From NCBI GenBank assembly GCA_044376115.1, contig JBILLK010000013.1, positions 64,001-128,000 of the forward strand: a stretch of DNA of 64,000 nucleotides. Direction: 5' to 3'. A program made the translations under genes and the position numbers. The DNA is from Polyangiaceae bacterium. GTDB lineage: Bacteria; Myxococcota_A; Polyangia; Polyangiales; Polyangiaceae. Under the pieces are notes generated by a model. It was not told the DNA's origin. It saw nothing but the letters and a program-made list of their open reading frames with translations, and made no database searches. Below are positions 8,875 through 19,239 of this stretch, piece after piece. Positions within the stretch are counted from its first letter, which is position 1. The number at the start of each line of letters is the position of its first letter.

Positions 8875-10614
8875 TCAACGACGCGGCGGCGGTCGCCACG
8901 CCTCGGCCTGCAGACGCAGCGGATCGGTCTGCTTGGCAGTGGCTGTAAGCGCGCCGTTCCAGGTGGCGCCGTCCGTGCGCGCTGCGTGCAAGTTGGCGGC
9001 GGCCAGGTTGGCGCCCGAGAGGTCGGCGCTCGAAAGGTCCGCGTGCGAGAGGTCGGCGTAGTCCATGCGTGCGCTGGTGAACAGCGCCCCCTGCGCGCGC
9101 GCCTTCACGAAGCGCGTCTCGCGCAAGTCGGAGTCCCCAAGCACCGCTCGCTCGAGCTCCGCTTCGTCGAACGTGGCGTAGCGCAGCCGGGCCTTCGCAA
9201 GCTTTGCGCCTCGCAAGTTGGCTTTGCCGAAGTACGTCCCACGAGCATCGGCGCCTTGAAAGTCCGTTTGCTCGGCGATGGTGCCATCGAAGCTCGCCTC
9301 CTTCAGCACAGCATCCCGCAGGTTGGCCCTCGAGAGCCGGGCCTCCTTGAAGTCTGCGTGAGTGAAGTCGCAGCGGCGCAGGTCCATCCCTTCCAGATTG
9401 GCGCGTACGAAGGAGCAGCGTGTTAGCCGCAGCCCCGCGAGCGGCAGCTCTCGCAGGTCCAGATCGTCGAAGTTGACGGTCTTGAGCTCGGCGCGCGCGA
9501 GCTTGGTGCCCGCTAGCTTCGCGTCGGTCAGGTTGGCGCCCCACAGAAACGAGCCTGAAAGATCGGCTCCCGAGAGATCCGCCCGCGAAAGATCCGTCAT
9601 CAGCAGGCGGGCGCCCTGCAGCTTGGCTCCGCGCAGATCGGCCGCCTCGAGGTTCGTCATCTCGAGGTCGAGCGACGAGAGCTCGCTGTTCGCCAGCTTG
9701 CACTCGCTGAGAATGGCGCGTCGCAGGTCGGCTCCGGTGAAGTCTGCGTTGGTGAGGTCACAGCCCGTCAGATTGCACAACTCGAGCAGCGACCCAGCGA
9801 GATGGGCGCGATGCAAGTTGACCCCCATGAACGAACTGAAGCGTAGGTCGCAGCCCTCCAGAGCCAGCGGCCCCACGTCGGCGCCGCCGAGCTCGGCACG
9901 CCGCGGATCGGCGGCCGGCAAGTCGAAGTCGGTCATCACGGCGTTGCGAAAGAAGCACTTCGCAAGGACCTTGGGCAACTTGGCGCAACGCAGATCCGCA
10001 CCGTCGAAGACTACCGCCGCAAGCGCGGCCTCTCCCAGATTCGCGCGCACCATCCTCGCCTGAACGAAGATGGCGTTCGCGACCGTTGCGCCCGCGAACA
10101 CGGTGTTCGTAAGGTCGGCCTTGGTGAAAGACGCGCCGTCGACTTTGGACCCGCTAAAGTCCGCAGCAGCGAGCTTGGCTTCGTCGAAGCGCGCCTCGGA
10201 GAGATCGCAGCCGACGAGCCGAGCGCTTAGCAGCCTCGACTGCGTGAAGACGACCCCGGAGAGGTTCAGACCGCTGAAGTCGACGCGGCCCAGCTCACAG
10301 TCGATGAACTTCGCACCGGCCAGCGCAGCACCGACGAAAGCGACCTCAGTCAACGTCGAGCGCAGACAAACGACCTCTCGCAGGTCCGCGCTCGAGAGGT
10401 CCACACGCGAGAGATCGCTGCCGCCGATCTGCGCCCGGCGCAGGCTGGCACCCGCAAGCTTGGCGCCCGCCAGCTGCGTGTGGAGCAGCCGCGCGCCCTC
10501 GAGCTTGACGCCCGAAAGATCGAGCCCGCGCAAATCCAGATCGCTCAGATCGGCGCCAGTCAGGGGCTGGCCGCTCCTCGCGCAACGAACGACGTCCTCG
10601 GCTGAAAGCCTCAC
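8875..10614 (-). CDS. Pentapeptide-repeat protein (T6SS accessory, TagB-like)
   Basis: Continuous A(D/N)LxG repeats over 579 aa; start overlaps the upstream stop. Confidence 0.9.
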   Translation of the reverse strand: MRLSAEDVVRCARSGQPLTGADLSDLDLRGLDLSGVKLEGARLLHTQLAGAKLAGASLRRAQIGGSDLSRVDLSSADLREVVCLRSTLTEVAFVGAALAGAKFIDCELGRVDFSGLNLSGVVFTQSRLLSARLVGCDLSEARFDEAKLAAADFSGSKVDGASFTKADLTNTVFAGATVANAIFVQARMVRANLGEAALAAVVFDGADLRCAKLPKVLAKCFFRNAVMTDFDLPAADPRRAELGGADVGPLALEGCDLRFSSFMGVNLHRAHLAGSLLELCNLTGCDLTNADFTGADLRRAILSECKLANSELSSLDLEMTNLEAADLRGAKLQGARLLMTDLSRADLSGADLSGSFLWGANLTDAKLAGTKLARAELKTVNFDDLDLRELPLAGLRLTRCSFVRANLEGMDLRRCDFTHADFKEARLSRANLRDAVLKEASFDGTIAEQTDFQGADARGTYFGKANLRGAKLAKARLRYATFDEAELERAVLGDSDLRETRFVKARAQGALFTSARMDYADLSHADLSSADLSGANLAAANLHAARTDGATWNGALTATAKQTDPLRLQAEAWRPPPRR

Positions 10615-13019
10615 GGATCCCTCACCACGCGCTCCACGAACGCGTCAGTCAAATCGAGCCCCTTGCCGTGGGCCCCGGTCAGCACCGCTTCGTAGAGACT
10701 CGCACGCGATAGGTTGGCACGCTCGAGGTTGGCGAGCCGCGCATCCACCGACATGAGGTTGGCAAAGGTCATCGTCGCGGCTCGCAGATCCGCCCTGTAG
10801 AAGCGAGCGCCCCGCAGGTTCGCGCCGTGGAACCGCCCCTCTTTGATCGACGCCTCGGTGAAGTGAGCCTCGCGTACGTCTGCGAAGGAGAAGTCCGCTT
10901 CGTCGAGCTTGGCGCGCATAAAGAAGCTGCGTTTGGCGACGACGCCGATGAAGCGAGCACCGAGGAGGTTCGCCTCGACGAAGCTTGCCTGCTCCAGCTC
11001 GGCCCCCTCGAAGTTGGCGCGCTCTGCGTTGATCGAGCTCAGGAGCGCACGTTCGGCCGAGCTCTCGCGCAGGTCGCAATCGCAAAGATCCGCCCGGTCG
11101 AGGTCCGCATGGTCAAGGTTTATGCCGCGCAAACTCGCGCCCGTCAGCCGCGCTTCATCGAAAATGGCGTACTGCGCGCGAGCATGACCGAGTTTGGCGC
11201 TCTCGAGGTTCGCTCGTTCGAGGAAGGCCTCCTCCAGGTAGCACTCGCGCAGGTCGGCGCGCGCGCCCTTGACCTCGCCCAGATGCGCCAACGTCAGATC
11301 GGCACCGCGCAGATCGGCTCCCTCGAGGTTGGCGCGAAACAGGATGGCGTGCGTAAGCTTGGCTCCGCGCAAATTCGCCCCGCGTAGATCGGCGCGCGCG
11401 AGGTTGGCGCGCTCCAGATTCGCCCCCGAGAGGTCGGCACCTGCGAGGTTGGCATCCGCGAAGTCGCGCTCTCGCAAGTCCGCACCCGGTCCAGGCGCGG
11501 CGGTCGAGAGCGGACCGGGCGGCTCGTAGCTCGGGTCGAGCTGCTTCCATTGCGGCTGGTACGGGATCGCCTCGACCTTATCCAGGCCCTCGAATCGGCG
11601 CCCAGTACGCTGCTCTTGTTCGCGCAGCTTCGCCGTTTGCGCCATCAGGTTGCGCATCTTCGGGCGCAACATCGGGTCGGGTATCCGCCCCGGCTTCGCG
11701 TGACGCATCGGCGGCACGACTTTCTCGTTCTCCTCGCGCACGTCGGCGGCGATCTTGTGGAGGTCTGGGCGATGTGCGGCCGGCGTGCTCGCGAGCTGAG
11801 CCATCGCCTGCGACGTTTGGTTCAGCTTCTCCTCGCTCATCAGCGGGCCCAGGGCGCGCTTGAGCTCGTTCGATACGGGGTCCTTCGTCGGGTCCGCCGC
11901 TGGGCCCGCAGGGGCTTCTCCTCGGCGCTCCTTCTCGCGTCGATCCCAGGCTTCTGAAAGCTCTTTTGGCATCTCCGCCAGAACGCCGGTCGGGTCTTTC
12001 TCGAAGGCTTCGATCTCTGCTGCGTAATGCGCGCGAGGCAGCCCGCGTTCGCTCAAGGACTCACTGGCGATGAGCACCGTTTGCACGTCGCTCAAGTCGA
12101 GCTCGTGGACGGGGCTCAGGCCGCGCCAGGTCAACACCACCTGATTCTCGTCGGGCAGGGCAAGCAGCGTATCCAAGGCCATCGCGATCTCTTCGATCTC
12201 GCCGCGCTTGTTTTTCACGAAGGCGCGCACGCGTAGCCCCGGAAGACGCGTCTCGAAGACGCGGTGCTTCGGATGCAAGTAGTGGAACTTCACTTCCTCG
12301 TCGCCGCGCAGGTACCCCGCCCATTGCTGGTCGGCCGGAGCGGCGTGGAAATAGGTCCAATCGAAATCGTCCGCGTAGAAGGGCGCGCGCAGCTTGGCCC
12401 ACGCAGCGCCGTAATTCTTGCCGGTGCGCGCCTTGCGTGCAGCCCAATTGGAGCTCAGCGGTGCGAACGATCCCGGCGCCCGCTCTTGGCCACGCGCGGT
12501 GAGCCGCTGCGAATTGAGCTCAACGTTTGGCAGCGCGTCCCCTCGATGACCTTTTCCGACAGGGTTGGCGTCGAAGCCTGAACCGCCGAAGGCATGCGCG
12601 TAATCCAGTGGCATGATCGCGAAGGGCTTGGGCTCGCCGATGGTGCCGAACGGGCCGTTCTGCCACTGCCTGTCTCCGTAAACGACCAGCTCCTTGCGCC
12701 AATGCCCCACCGAGAAGCGCACCGGGCATTCGCTCACCAGCTGGCCCGGATGGCAGCTTCCGCTCAACATCACCTCGGCGTTCACCTTGAAATCGGCGAG
12801 GTCCCCGGGGTACTCGCAGGCGCCGGTGCGCTCTTCATCTTCGGCCGCGAAGGTCTCGCCGGAGATCAGCCCTTGATCCAGCCCCTCGATGGGCGTGACC
12901 ACGCCGTCGCGCACGAGCGTGAAGGCACCGCGCACCACCAACACCATCTCGGGCTGCGGTGGCCGGCGCGAGGTCGTACGCGTCGCGTGGAAGAGACCGG
13001 TGGTGTTCTTGACGAGCAT
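10611..13019 (-). CDS. DUF2169 adaptor with C-terminal pentapeptide repeats (TagAB-like)
   Basis: DLADFK, KELVVYGDRQW, YAHAFGG...NPVGKG, FHAAPADQQ, LDTL...VVLTWRG, then pentapeptide repeats. Confidence 0.9.
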   Translation of the reverse strand: MLVKNTTGLFHATRTTSRRPPQPEMVLVVRGAFTLVRDGVVTPIEGLDQGLISGETFAAEDEERTGACEYPGDLADFKVNAEVMLSGSCHPGQLVSECPVRFSVGHWRKELVVYGDRQWQNGPFGTIGEPKPFAIMPLDYAHAFGGSGFDANPVGKGHRGDALPNVELNSQRLTARGQERAPGSFAPLSSNWAARKARTGKNYGAAWAKLRAPFYADDFDWTYFHAAPADQQWAGYLRGDEEVKFHYLHPKHRVFETRLPGLRVRAFVKNKRGEIEEIAMALDTLLALPDENQVVLTWRGLSPVHELDLSDVQTVLIASESLSERGLPRAHYAAEIEAFEKDPTGVLAEMPKELSEAWDRREKERRGEAPAGPAADPTKDPVSNELKRALGPLMSEEKLNQTSQAMAQLASTPAAHRPDLHKIAADVREENEKVVPPMRHAKPGRIPDPMLRPKMRNLMAQTAKLREQEQRTGRRFEGLDKVEAIPYQPQWKQLDPSYEPPGPLSTAAPGPGADLRERDFADANLAGADLSGANLERANLARADLRGANLRGAKLTHAILFRANLEGADLRGADLTLAHLGEVKGARADLRECYLEEAFLERANLESAKLGHARAQYAIFDEARLTGASLRGINLDHADLDRADLCDCDLRESSAERALLSSINAERANFEGAELEQASFVEANLLGARFIGVVAKRSFFMRAKLDEADFSFADVREAHFTEASIKEGRFHGANLRGARFYRADLRAATMTFANLMSVDARLANLERANLSRASLYEAVLTGAHGKGLDLTDAFVERVVRDP

Positions 13020-13025
13020 GGGCGA

Positions 13026-14729
13026 CTACAGGCCAAGCTCCACGACGATGGCCTTGACTGTGCGCTTGAGGCACATGTCCGAGTTCGAGAGCGTCGTCGT
13101 CTTTTGCTCGAGCGCGTTCGTCTTGGTGGACAAGGTGTTGGTCGTGGTCGACAGCGCAGTAACGGTATTCTGGAGCGCGAGCAGATCCTTCTGCAGAGCG
13201 ACCTTGTCCTCCTTCGGGATCTTCACCTCCAAGATGCCAGCGGTGGCGATCTCGACCCCCAGCGCAGCCTGGAAGCCGAACTTGCCGCCCAAGAAGATCT
13301 CGATCGCGATTCCGATTTCCATCGCCAAGTGCACCGCTCCGAGGTGGCCTTCGAAGTGGAAGGGCGTGGTGGTGGTCTCCTCGATCATGATGTCGACGAT
13401 GGTGTTGCTCACCTGGCGGTTCTTCAGATGCGTAAATTCCGTCACCGTGTCGCCGTAGCTCTTCGAGGTCGTGTTGGTGACGTGTGACTCCTCGTTGCTG
13501 TCGGTCACGCTCGTGTAGGAATCGGTCTTGATGGCGTAGGTCCTCTCGAAGATGCCGCCTTCCGTGGTGCCGAAGCCGACCGGCTGTTCCGGGGAGCCTG
13601 TCCAGCCGTCGATGCGGCGCGCCCAGGTCTTCTCGATGATGTGTGGGTTGGAGCGGATCACGTCCAAGTTGTCGTGCTCCCATTCGGGCACGAGGCGGTC
13701 GGTCTTCGTACCCACGGCGTTCGCAGAGCCAGTCGGCCCGTACTTGGGCAGATCGTATTTACGATCGCTGAAACGGTGCGGCGGGTCATGACCGAGCGAT
13801 CCGGCGATCGCGTCGCGCGCAACGCTGCCGGAGGGCGGCGGATTCGCCGAGCCGGTGTACGTCTCGAGCACGTCGCCCCAGCGCTCCTCACGGAAGTTGC
13901 CGGCGTAACGCGCGTATTCATACACGCCCTCGGTGGTGTTCACTAGAAGCCAGACGCCCGTCTGCTTCATGCTCTCGGAGTCGGTGAACACGTAGTCGGG
14001 CACAAACTCGAGCCAAAACCCAGCGCCAGGCATCGTCCCGGGCGCGTAGTCGACGACGTGATCGCCGGTCGCCTCCCAGCCCATGCCCTCGCCCGGATCG
14101 TCCTGGCGCCCCATCACGATCATCTTGTAGTTGCCCCGTACGACTTCCACCTTGTCACCGTAGGTGGTGGTGATGCGGTTGCCGTCCGAGTGGTCGCGCC
14201 ACCCGCCGCGGGCGTAGAGCTGCCGACTCTCGTTCTGGCGCTGGGTCTGCGTGAGGCCATGCCCCCGAACCGCGTGATCCGCCTTCGTGTTGAGCAGCGG
14301 ATCGAGATCCACGTCGTGGGTTCGAACATCGTCGAGAAAGAAAACGTCGTTGTTGCCGGCAGCGCTCGGGCTTCGCGTTTGAAAAGGCGGCGCGTCGGTG
14401 AGCCAGCTCCCCTCGCTCGTATCCCACTCAGTACTTGCCGGGCGTCTCGGATCGCCCGGCCCACCGGCTTGGTGGATGGCCGCGAGCAGCTCGATCGATC
14501 GCTCGTTCTCGTCCGCAATGTCGAACTTCCCTAACCGCAGGAAGGACGACATCACCACCGTCTCGCTGTATCCGTTCGGACGGCTAGCGTCCCCTTTGCG
14601 TTCGAACGGGCTCGAGCCGAAGTCCGGCACTTTGATCAAAAAGTGCTTCTCATTGCCCAGGTTCGACTGCGCTAGGTAGTCGCCGTCTTCCTGATCCGAG
14701 TCGTCGTTCGTGCTGAAGGTCCCACTCAT
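13026..14729 (-). CDS. VgrG-associated hypothetical protein, possible separate spike/needle subunit
   Basis: 567 aa directly after short vgrG; gp5-like strands (GNRITTTYGDKVEVVRGNY) and Thr-rich periodic C-terminus. Confidence 0.55.
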   Translation of the reverse strand: MSGTFSTNDDSDQEDGDYLAQSNLGNEKHFLIKVPDFGSSPFERKGDASRPNGYSETVVMSSFLRLGKFDIADENERSIELLAAIHQAGGPGDPRRPASTEWDTSEGSWLTDAPPFQTRSPSAAGNNDVFFLDDVRTHDVDLDPLLNTKADHAVRGHGLTQTQRQNESRQLYARGGWRDHSDGNRITTTYGDKVEVVRGNYKMIVMGRQDDPGEGMGWEATGDHVVDYAPGTMPGAGFWLEFVPDYVFTDSESMKQTGVWLLVNTTEGVYEYARYAGNFREERWGDVLETYTGSANPPPSGSVARDAIAGSLGHDPPHRFSDRKYDLPKYGPTGSANAVGTKTDRLVPEWEHDNLDVIRSNPHIIEKTWARRIDGWTGSPEQPVGFGTTEGGIFERTYAIKTDSYTSVTDSNEESHVTNTTSKSYGDTVTEFTHLKNRQVSNTIVDIMIEETTTTPFHFEGHLGAVHLAMEIGIAIEIFLGGKFGFQAALGVEIATAGILEVKIPKEDKVALQKDLLALQNTVTALSTTTNTLSTKTNALEQKTTTLSNSDMCLKRTVKAIVVELGL

Positions 14730-14731
14730 AG

Positions 14732-16216
14732 CTACTTATTCTCCGAAAATTGGAGCACGATCCCGGTCGCCGACTCGATGCGGTTGGCGAACGAGTTGCG
14801 CGCCGTCACTGAGGAGCGGTTGGTCGCATTCGGCACCGAGCCGACGATGATTGGTCGATCGGGGTCCCCGTCGAGGAAGGCCACGATCACCTCAGCACCC
14901 GGCCGCAGCGGGAAGTGGAAGCCATGATTCGGCCCGGCGAACGGCTGCGCCATGCGTATCGGGTGCGAGGCGCGCTCCTCCCCCTCGTGGGGCACCGTGT
15001 CGAAGTGCAATTGCACGATGTACCGGCCTTCGTCGTCGATCTGGGCGAGGCCGCCCACGTTGCCCGAAGCGCCGAGGGAGGTGGTTCCCGTGACCAACCC
15101 GTAGATGCGCGGGCGCGGGGTGATGAGCTGCGGCCGAAAGCGATTCGACGCGTCGATCGCGCGGAACGAGTTGGAGTAGGCGCCGGCTACACCGCCCTCG
15201 CCTTCCGTCAGGTGTGCTGTGTGAATGACTTCGACGATCAGCAGCTGCTTATCCGCGAGATAGGGGTGGTCGATGAGCTTCGGGCTCGCCCCTGCCGTCA
15301 GCGCCAAGACGTTGCTCTTGCCGAAGTAGGTCTCGCTCTCGACGAGCTGGCGCTCGGCGCGGATCTTGGCGATGCGCGTGCCCTCTTCCTTGGTCTTGTG
15401 GTGCGAGCCGTACTCCACCACACCACCGCCATTGCCGAGCGGCTCGCGGTCTCGCTCCAGAGAGTGCACCGCGCTGATGTCGGCCAAGGGGTGGCGGTAG
15501 TTGTAGTCCTGGACGCAGAACGTCGACGGAAACTGCTCGCTCTCGACCTCCAGAGCGAACACGTCCTCGTGCATTCCGTCCACGCGATAGCGCAACACTT
15601 CGAGCACGTGGGAGATCCCGCGGCGGGCTGGATCATCGGTGAAGATGACTTGCTCCGGCCCCTCCTCTTCCTCGTGTGAAAAGACGTAGCTGATGCCGAG
15701 GTGCTCCGCGAGCCGGCTCACGAACGTGAGGTCCGTTTCTTTGTACTGCACCACGAGCTCGCGTGCGGGCCAGTCTTCCGCCTGAAATGCGAGGCTCTTT
15801 GCAACGAGGTCATGCAGCTCGTACTTCTGGCGGATGATGTCGCGCACGGTCGAGTTCACGAACACCTCTTGCGTCGACACCAACCGCAGCGCCGACAGCT
15901 GCGGCACCACGCGGAGCACATACGTACGCCACTTTCGGTTCGCATCCAGCCGGTCCCGCACAGACTGCAGCACGCCGTGAATCTTCCGCAGCTCGAGCTC
16001 GCTGCTATCGGTCGACTGGCGCGAGAGCACGATGGTGAGTTGCGCGCGCGGCGCGGCACCCGCTGGAAGCGTGGCGCCGTTGCGCATGACGACCGTCAGG
16101 TCGAATTGAAAGAGCTGGGAGATCTGTTCTCGACCCTCGAGCTTGTCGACCTGGAGGTCGCTCGCATCAAAATCCCGTGACTCGAGCGTGATCGTCAGTG
16201 GGCGCAGCGAAGCCAT
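14732..16216 (-). CDS. vgrG: Type VI secretion tip protein VgrG (short form)
   Basis: GREQISQLFQF, VQYKETDLTFVSRLAEHLGI, DYNYRHP, HFPLRPGAEVIVAFLDGDPDRPII; ends just after the OB fold. Confidence 0.92.
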   Translation of the reverse strand: MASLRPLTITLESRDFDASDLQVDKLEGREQISQLFQFDLTVVMRNGATLPAGAAPRAQLTIVLSRQSTDSSELELRKIHGVLQSVRDRLDANRKWRTYVLRVVPQLSALRLVSTQEVFVNSTVRDIIRQKYELHDLVAKSLAFQAEDWPARELVVQYKETDLTFVSRLAEHLGISYVFSHEEEEGPEQVIFTDDPARRGISHVLEVLRYRVDGMHEDVFALEVESEQFPSTFCVQDYNYRHPLADISAVHSLERDREPLGNGGGVVEYGSHHKTKEEGTRIAKIRAERQLVESETYFGKSNVLALTAGASPKLIDHPYLADKQLLIVEVIHTAHLTEGEGGVAGAYSNSFRAIDASNRFRPQLITPRPRIYGLVTGTTSLGASGNVGGLAQIDDEGRYIVQLHFDTVPHEGEERASHPIRMAQPFAGPNHGFHFPLRPGAEVIVAFLDGDPDRPIIVGSVPNATNRSSVTARNSFANRIESATGIVLQFSENK

Positions 16217-16309
16217 TCGGCGTAGGGGACTTGAACCTGGCCAAGCCGTCAACACGGAACGTGGAGAAGAACACGCGAACTCGAACCGCGAGCGGACTCG
16301 AGGGCCAGC

Positions 16310-16750
16310 TCAGAACACCGTGAGCCTCTTTGAGCTGTCGTCGTTGGGGTCGCCGCGCCACACCCCGTCATCCCAGTAGCAGCCGCACCAGTCACCCTTA
16401 TCTTCGCGATCGCATAGCTCGTCCCCGATCCAGATTTCACACCAGCCGCCCGTGAGCTCTTCGCCCGCGCCAAGGTCGCTGACGTTCAGTCGAACTGCGT
16501 AATCCATGGTCCCGGGCCTCACCTCCAGCGCCCACGGCAGATCCTTCGCGCCCACCTGAACCGTCTCGTCGCCGACCTGGTAGGTCATCACCGCGCGCTC
16601 CCCACCCCCAGCCTTCAACGTCGCGACGCGTGAGCGGCAGCCGACCCCGCTGAGCATTGCCAGCGTGCCCCCACAAACGGCGAGCGCTCCAAGCAAGCGC
16701 CTCGGGCTCCACCTTCCGCGCCAGTCCTTCGATCCACGATGAGCCCGCAT
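16310..16750 (-). CDS. Hypothetical lipoprotein
   Basis: 146 aa; hydrophobic segment ending GVGC; Cys/Trp-rich C-terminus; start uncertain. Confidence 0.55.
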   Translation of the reverse strand: MRAHRGSKDWRGRWSPRRLLGALAVCGGTLAMLSGVGCRSRVATLKAGGGERAVMTYQVGDETVQVGAKDLPWALEVRPGTMDYAVRLNVSDLGAGEELTGGWCEIWIGDELCDREDKGDWCGCYWDDGVWRGDPNDDSSKRLTVF

Positions 16751-16779
16751 CGCCTACGAAGATACGCCGCCCGCGAGCC

Positions 16780-16940
16780 CGCTCGCCAGCACTGGCTCGT
16801 ACGGAGAGCGCTGTGCGGGCCGGACGGAGCTGCTGCCGCGAGCAACGCGCCCATTCGACCTGAGATAAACTATCCAAGGCACAAAGGGCGGACCGGCCGA
16901 GCGCGGGCAGCGACTGCTCGCCATCCCGGTGCAGTCGGAC
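16780..16940. repeat. Repeat family B (partial)
   Basis: Second hairpin at 16847-16891 plus the conserved spacer tggctcgtacgg...gggccggacgg. Confidence 0.85.
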
Positions 16941-16972
16941 TCGCGGTGCTCACGGGTCCTTTGCTGCACGGC

Positions 16973-17000
16973 TTGACGTACAACGCATGGGTTGTACGAT
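16973..17000 (+). promoter_or_regulatory. Sigma70-like promoter with palindromic operator for hicAB
   Basis: TTGACG-N16-TACGAT overlapped by CGTACAAC-N6-GTTGTACG (16977-16998); GTG start 6 nt after the -10, consistent with a leaderless mRNA. Confidence 0.7.
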
Positions 17001-17006
17001 GCACTG

Positions 17007-17168
17007 GTGACGAGCTCTCGAGATATCATCGCGACGCTCGATCCTCGTGCGCGTCAAAGGCGATCACCACCATTTCAAGCACCCGACGAACCCGGCCATC
17101 CCAAGCGAGATCTCAGCATCGGGGTGATCAAGAGCATCGAGCGGATCACCGGCCTACGATTCACCTGA
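17007..17168 (+). pseudogene. hicA: HicA toxin with two internal deletions/frameshifts
   Basis: Frame-switched pieces VTSSRDIIATL / ILVRVKGDHHHFKHPTNP / HPKRDLSIGVIKSIERITGL*; the usual GW and VTVP segments are missing. Confidence 0.8.
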
Positions 17169-17182
17169 GACCCGAGGCAACC

Positions 17183-17596
17183 ATGCGATACCACGCGAAG
17201 CTTGCGAAAGATGGCCGATACTGGTCTGCCATCTTCATCGATGCCCCGGGCTGCGCCACCTTCGCGGGGACCCGTGACAAGGCTCTGCTCGCCGCGAAGG
17301 AAGCTCTCGAGGGTTGGCTCGAGGCTCATCTCGTTGACGGGCGCGCACCGCCGAAGCCCGCATCCTCCTCGCGCGGAGAGCCGGTGGATGTCGACCCCCA
17401 GCTCGCCGTAGCGGTGAGCCTGCGATGGGCACGCCAAGACGCGGGGCTCACACAGGCGGACCTTGCTGCGCGGATTGGCGTCTCGCAGCAACAGGTGGCG
17501 AAGCTCGAGCGTCCCGGTGCCAATCCATCCATCGCGACGCTAAAGAAGATCGCTGTCGCGCTCGGCGTTCGCTTCGAGTTCGACCTCGTTGCGTAA
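17183..17596 (+). CDS. hicB: HicB antitoxin with C-terminal XRE HTH
   Basis: FIDAPGCATFAGTRDKALLAAKEALEGWL followed by GLTQADLAARIGVSQQQVAKLE. Confidence 0.9.
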   Translation: MRYHAKLAKDGRYWSAIFIDAPGCATFAGTRDKALLAAKEALEGWLEAHLVDGRAPPKPASSSRGEPVDVDPQLAVAVSLRWARQDAGLTQADLAARIGVSQQQVAKLERPGANPSIATLKKIAVALGVRFEFDLVA

Positions 17597-17619
17597 ATTA
17601 CACTGCCCGACAAGGTTAC

Positions 17620-17743
17620 GATTCGTGAAAACGCGGTCGACCTGCGACTCCAAACGTGAGCCGAGCCCCTCCCTCTCGCGCTCGTAGGCTATCGCCGCAT
17701 CGAAGAGATCGGCTTCGGCCAACCGAGTAAGCTCGACGATCAT
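17620..17743 (-). pseudogene. Truncated RelE/ParE-family toxin
   Basis: MIVELTRLAEADLFDAAIAYEREREGLGSRL is the N-terminal third only; the frame then runs into hicB antisense. Confidence 0.7.
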
Positions 17744-17934
17744 CGGCCCCGAGCGGACCGCAGCCTATCCTGGAGTTCGGCGCGGACCTCGGACCACGGC
17801 CGCACGGGAACAGTGCTCGAGCGAGCTTCTTCCAGCCGCTCCTTGATGAATGACTCGTGCCAAGTCGAAAGGGCAAGGGGCCTGCGGCCGTTTTTATCGA
17901 AGAGGGCCCGAGTCATTCTGTTCACTGCATCCAC
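17740..17934 (-). CDS. Addiction-module antitoxin component, N-terminus possibly degenerate
   Basis: LSTWHESFIKERLEE...PWSEVRAEL; ATGA overlap with the toxin start. Confidence 0.55.
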   Translation of the reverse strand: MDAVNRMTRALFDKNGRRPLALSTWHESFIKERLEEARSSTVPVRPWSEVRAELQDRLRSARGR

Positions 17935-18196
17935 CTTCGGTGGAATCTAGCGATGCCAGTCCGGAACGGGGACATCGTCGGAGAAGCCGGGTGGCGGCGT
18001 GATCGCGTGCGACATTCCCGACATTCTACGCGATCGCGCTTCACGAATCGTCGCCTCGGGGTAGTCCAGCCGTCAGTTCTGGCCGAGGCGCGCGTCCAGT
18101 TGCGGCCAGACCATGCTCCCGAGTTCGAAGGCCGCAGTTCTTTTTGGCACAGCGTTGCAACGCGGCCGCGCGTGGCGACGCGCGCAGCGTCTTCGG

Positions 18197-18784
18197 ATGA
18201 TCGAGTCCCGACGGCGCCGGTTCCTCTACCTTTCTCGCGGCCGACGACTCCGCCGCGGGCGCTTCGCCTCCCAGCGAGCCTGCGGCTTCCTTCGGAGTCG
18301 CCCCGGACTCCCGCCCGAAAAACGCTGGAGTCAGCTCTATCTTCGAAGCGTCAAGCTGCATCGTGCCAAGCAACTAGGACTGCCCTACCCGTTCCGGCCT
18401 TGGCCGATCGTGTCGCTGGTGGAACACGGCGCGATCCCTGGGCCTCCGCTTCGCGTGTTGTTCGTGTGCTCGAAAAACCAATGGCGAAGTCCCACCGCGG
18501 AGCGCCTCTGGGAGGAGGATTCACGGTTTTCGGTGCGGTCAGCTGGGACGAGCGCCAATGCTCGCCGCCGGGTGCGATCGCAGGACCTGGAGTGGGCCGA
18601 CGTCATCGTCGCCATGGAGCACAAGCACAAGGAGCGGCTAATGGACCTTGACCGTCGCCCAGACCTGAAGCGGAAGGTCGTGGTCGCGAACATCACGGAC
18701 CTGCCGTACATGAGCCCACCGCTGATTCAGCGCCTTCAAGAACGCGTGGCTCCCATGCTCGAGGCGCGGCTCCGAGGTCGCTAG
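18197..18784 (+). CDS. Low-molecular-weight protein tyrosine phosphatase-like protein with N-terminal extension
   Basis: VLFVCSKNQWRSPTAE (CX5R), SAGT, LEWADVIVAME; start uncertain. Confidence 0.75.
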   Translation: MIESRRRRFLYLSRGRRLRRGRFASQRACGFLRSRPGLPPEKRWSQLYLRSVKLHRAKQLGLPYPFRPWPIVSLVEHGAIPGPPLRVLFVCSKNQWRSPTAERLWEEDSRFSVRSAGTSANARRRVRSQDLEWADVIVAMEHKHKERLMDLDRRPDLKRKVVVANITDLPYMSPPLIQRLQERVAPMLEARLRGR

Positions 18785-18995
18785 CGCCCATTCGACCTGA
18801 GATAGTCTATCTCAGGCCCAATGGGCAGGTCCGCACGCGCCTGCGCGGTTCACCTTCGCAGCGCGAGCAAACGCCATCCACTCTTTGCCCCGTTATTGGC
18901 TCGTACGGAACGCTACGCCGGCCGGACAGAGCTGGTGCCGCGCGCAACGCGCCCATTCGACCTGAGATGGATCATCTAAGCCACAATGGGCGGAC
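18784..18995. repeat. Repeat family B doublet
   Basis: Hairpins at ~18784 and ~18949. Confidence 0.9.
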
Positions 18996-19003
18996 CCGCC
19001 GGT

Positions 19004-19078
19004 GGCCTCACGCCGGCGCTCGCGCGAAGCCTCGCGAGACGCGGGCGTCGCGTTTGGGCGCTCACCTCGGAGACGCAG
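19004..19078 (+). pseudogene. Internally deleted remnant of the HEAT-repeat gene at 20605-22346
   Basis: Joins matches to 21237-21273 and 21431-21464. Confidence 0.8.
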
Positions 19079-19239
19079 GGCTCCAGGCGATCGGGGTCGA
19101 GCTGAAGCTCACGCTCGAACTCGGCGCCGCCCGCGTCGGTCATCGTGCGGAGTGGACGCGCGCCGAGACGGCGCTTGCCGTGCTGGCTGTGATCGACCCC
19201 ACGGAGACGTCCGCTGCGGTCATGCGAGCGGCTGGCGAC

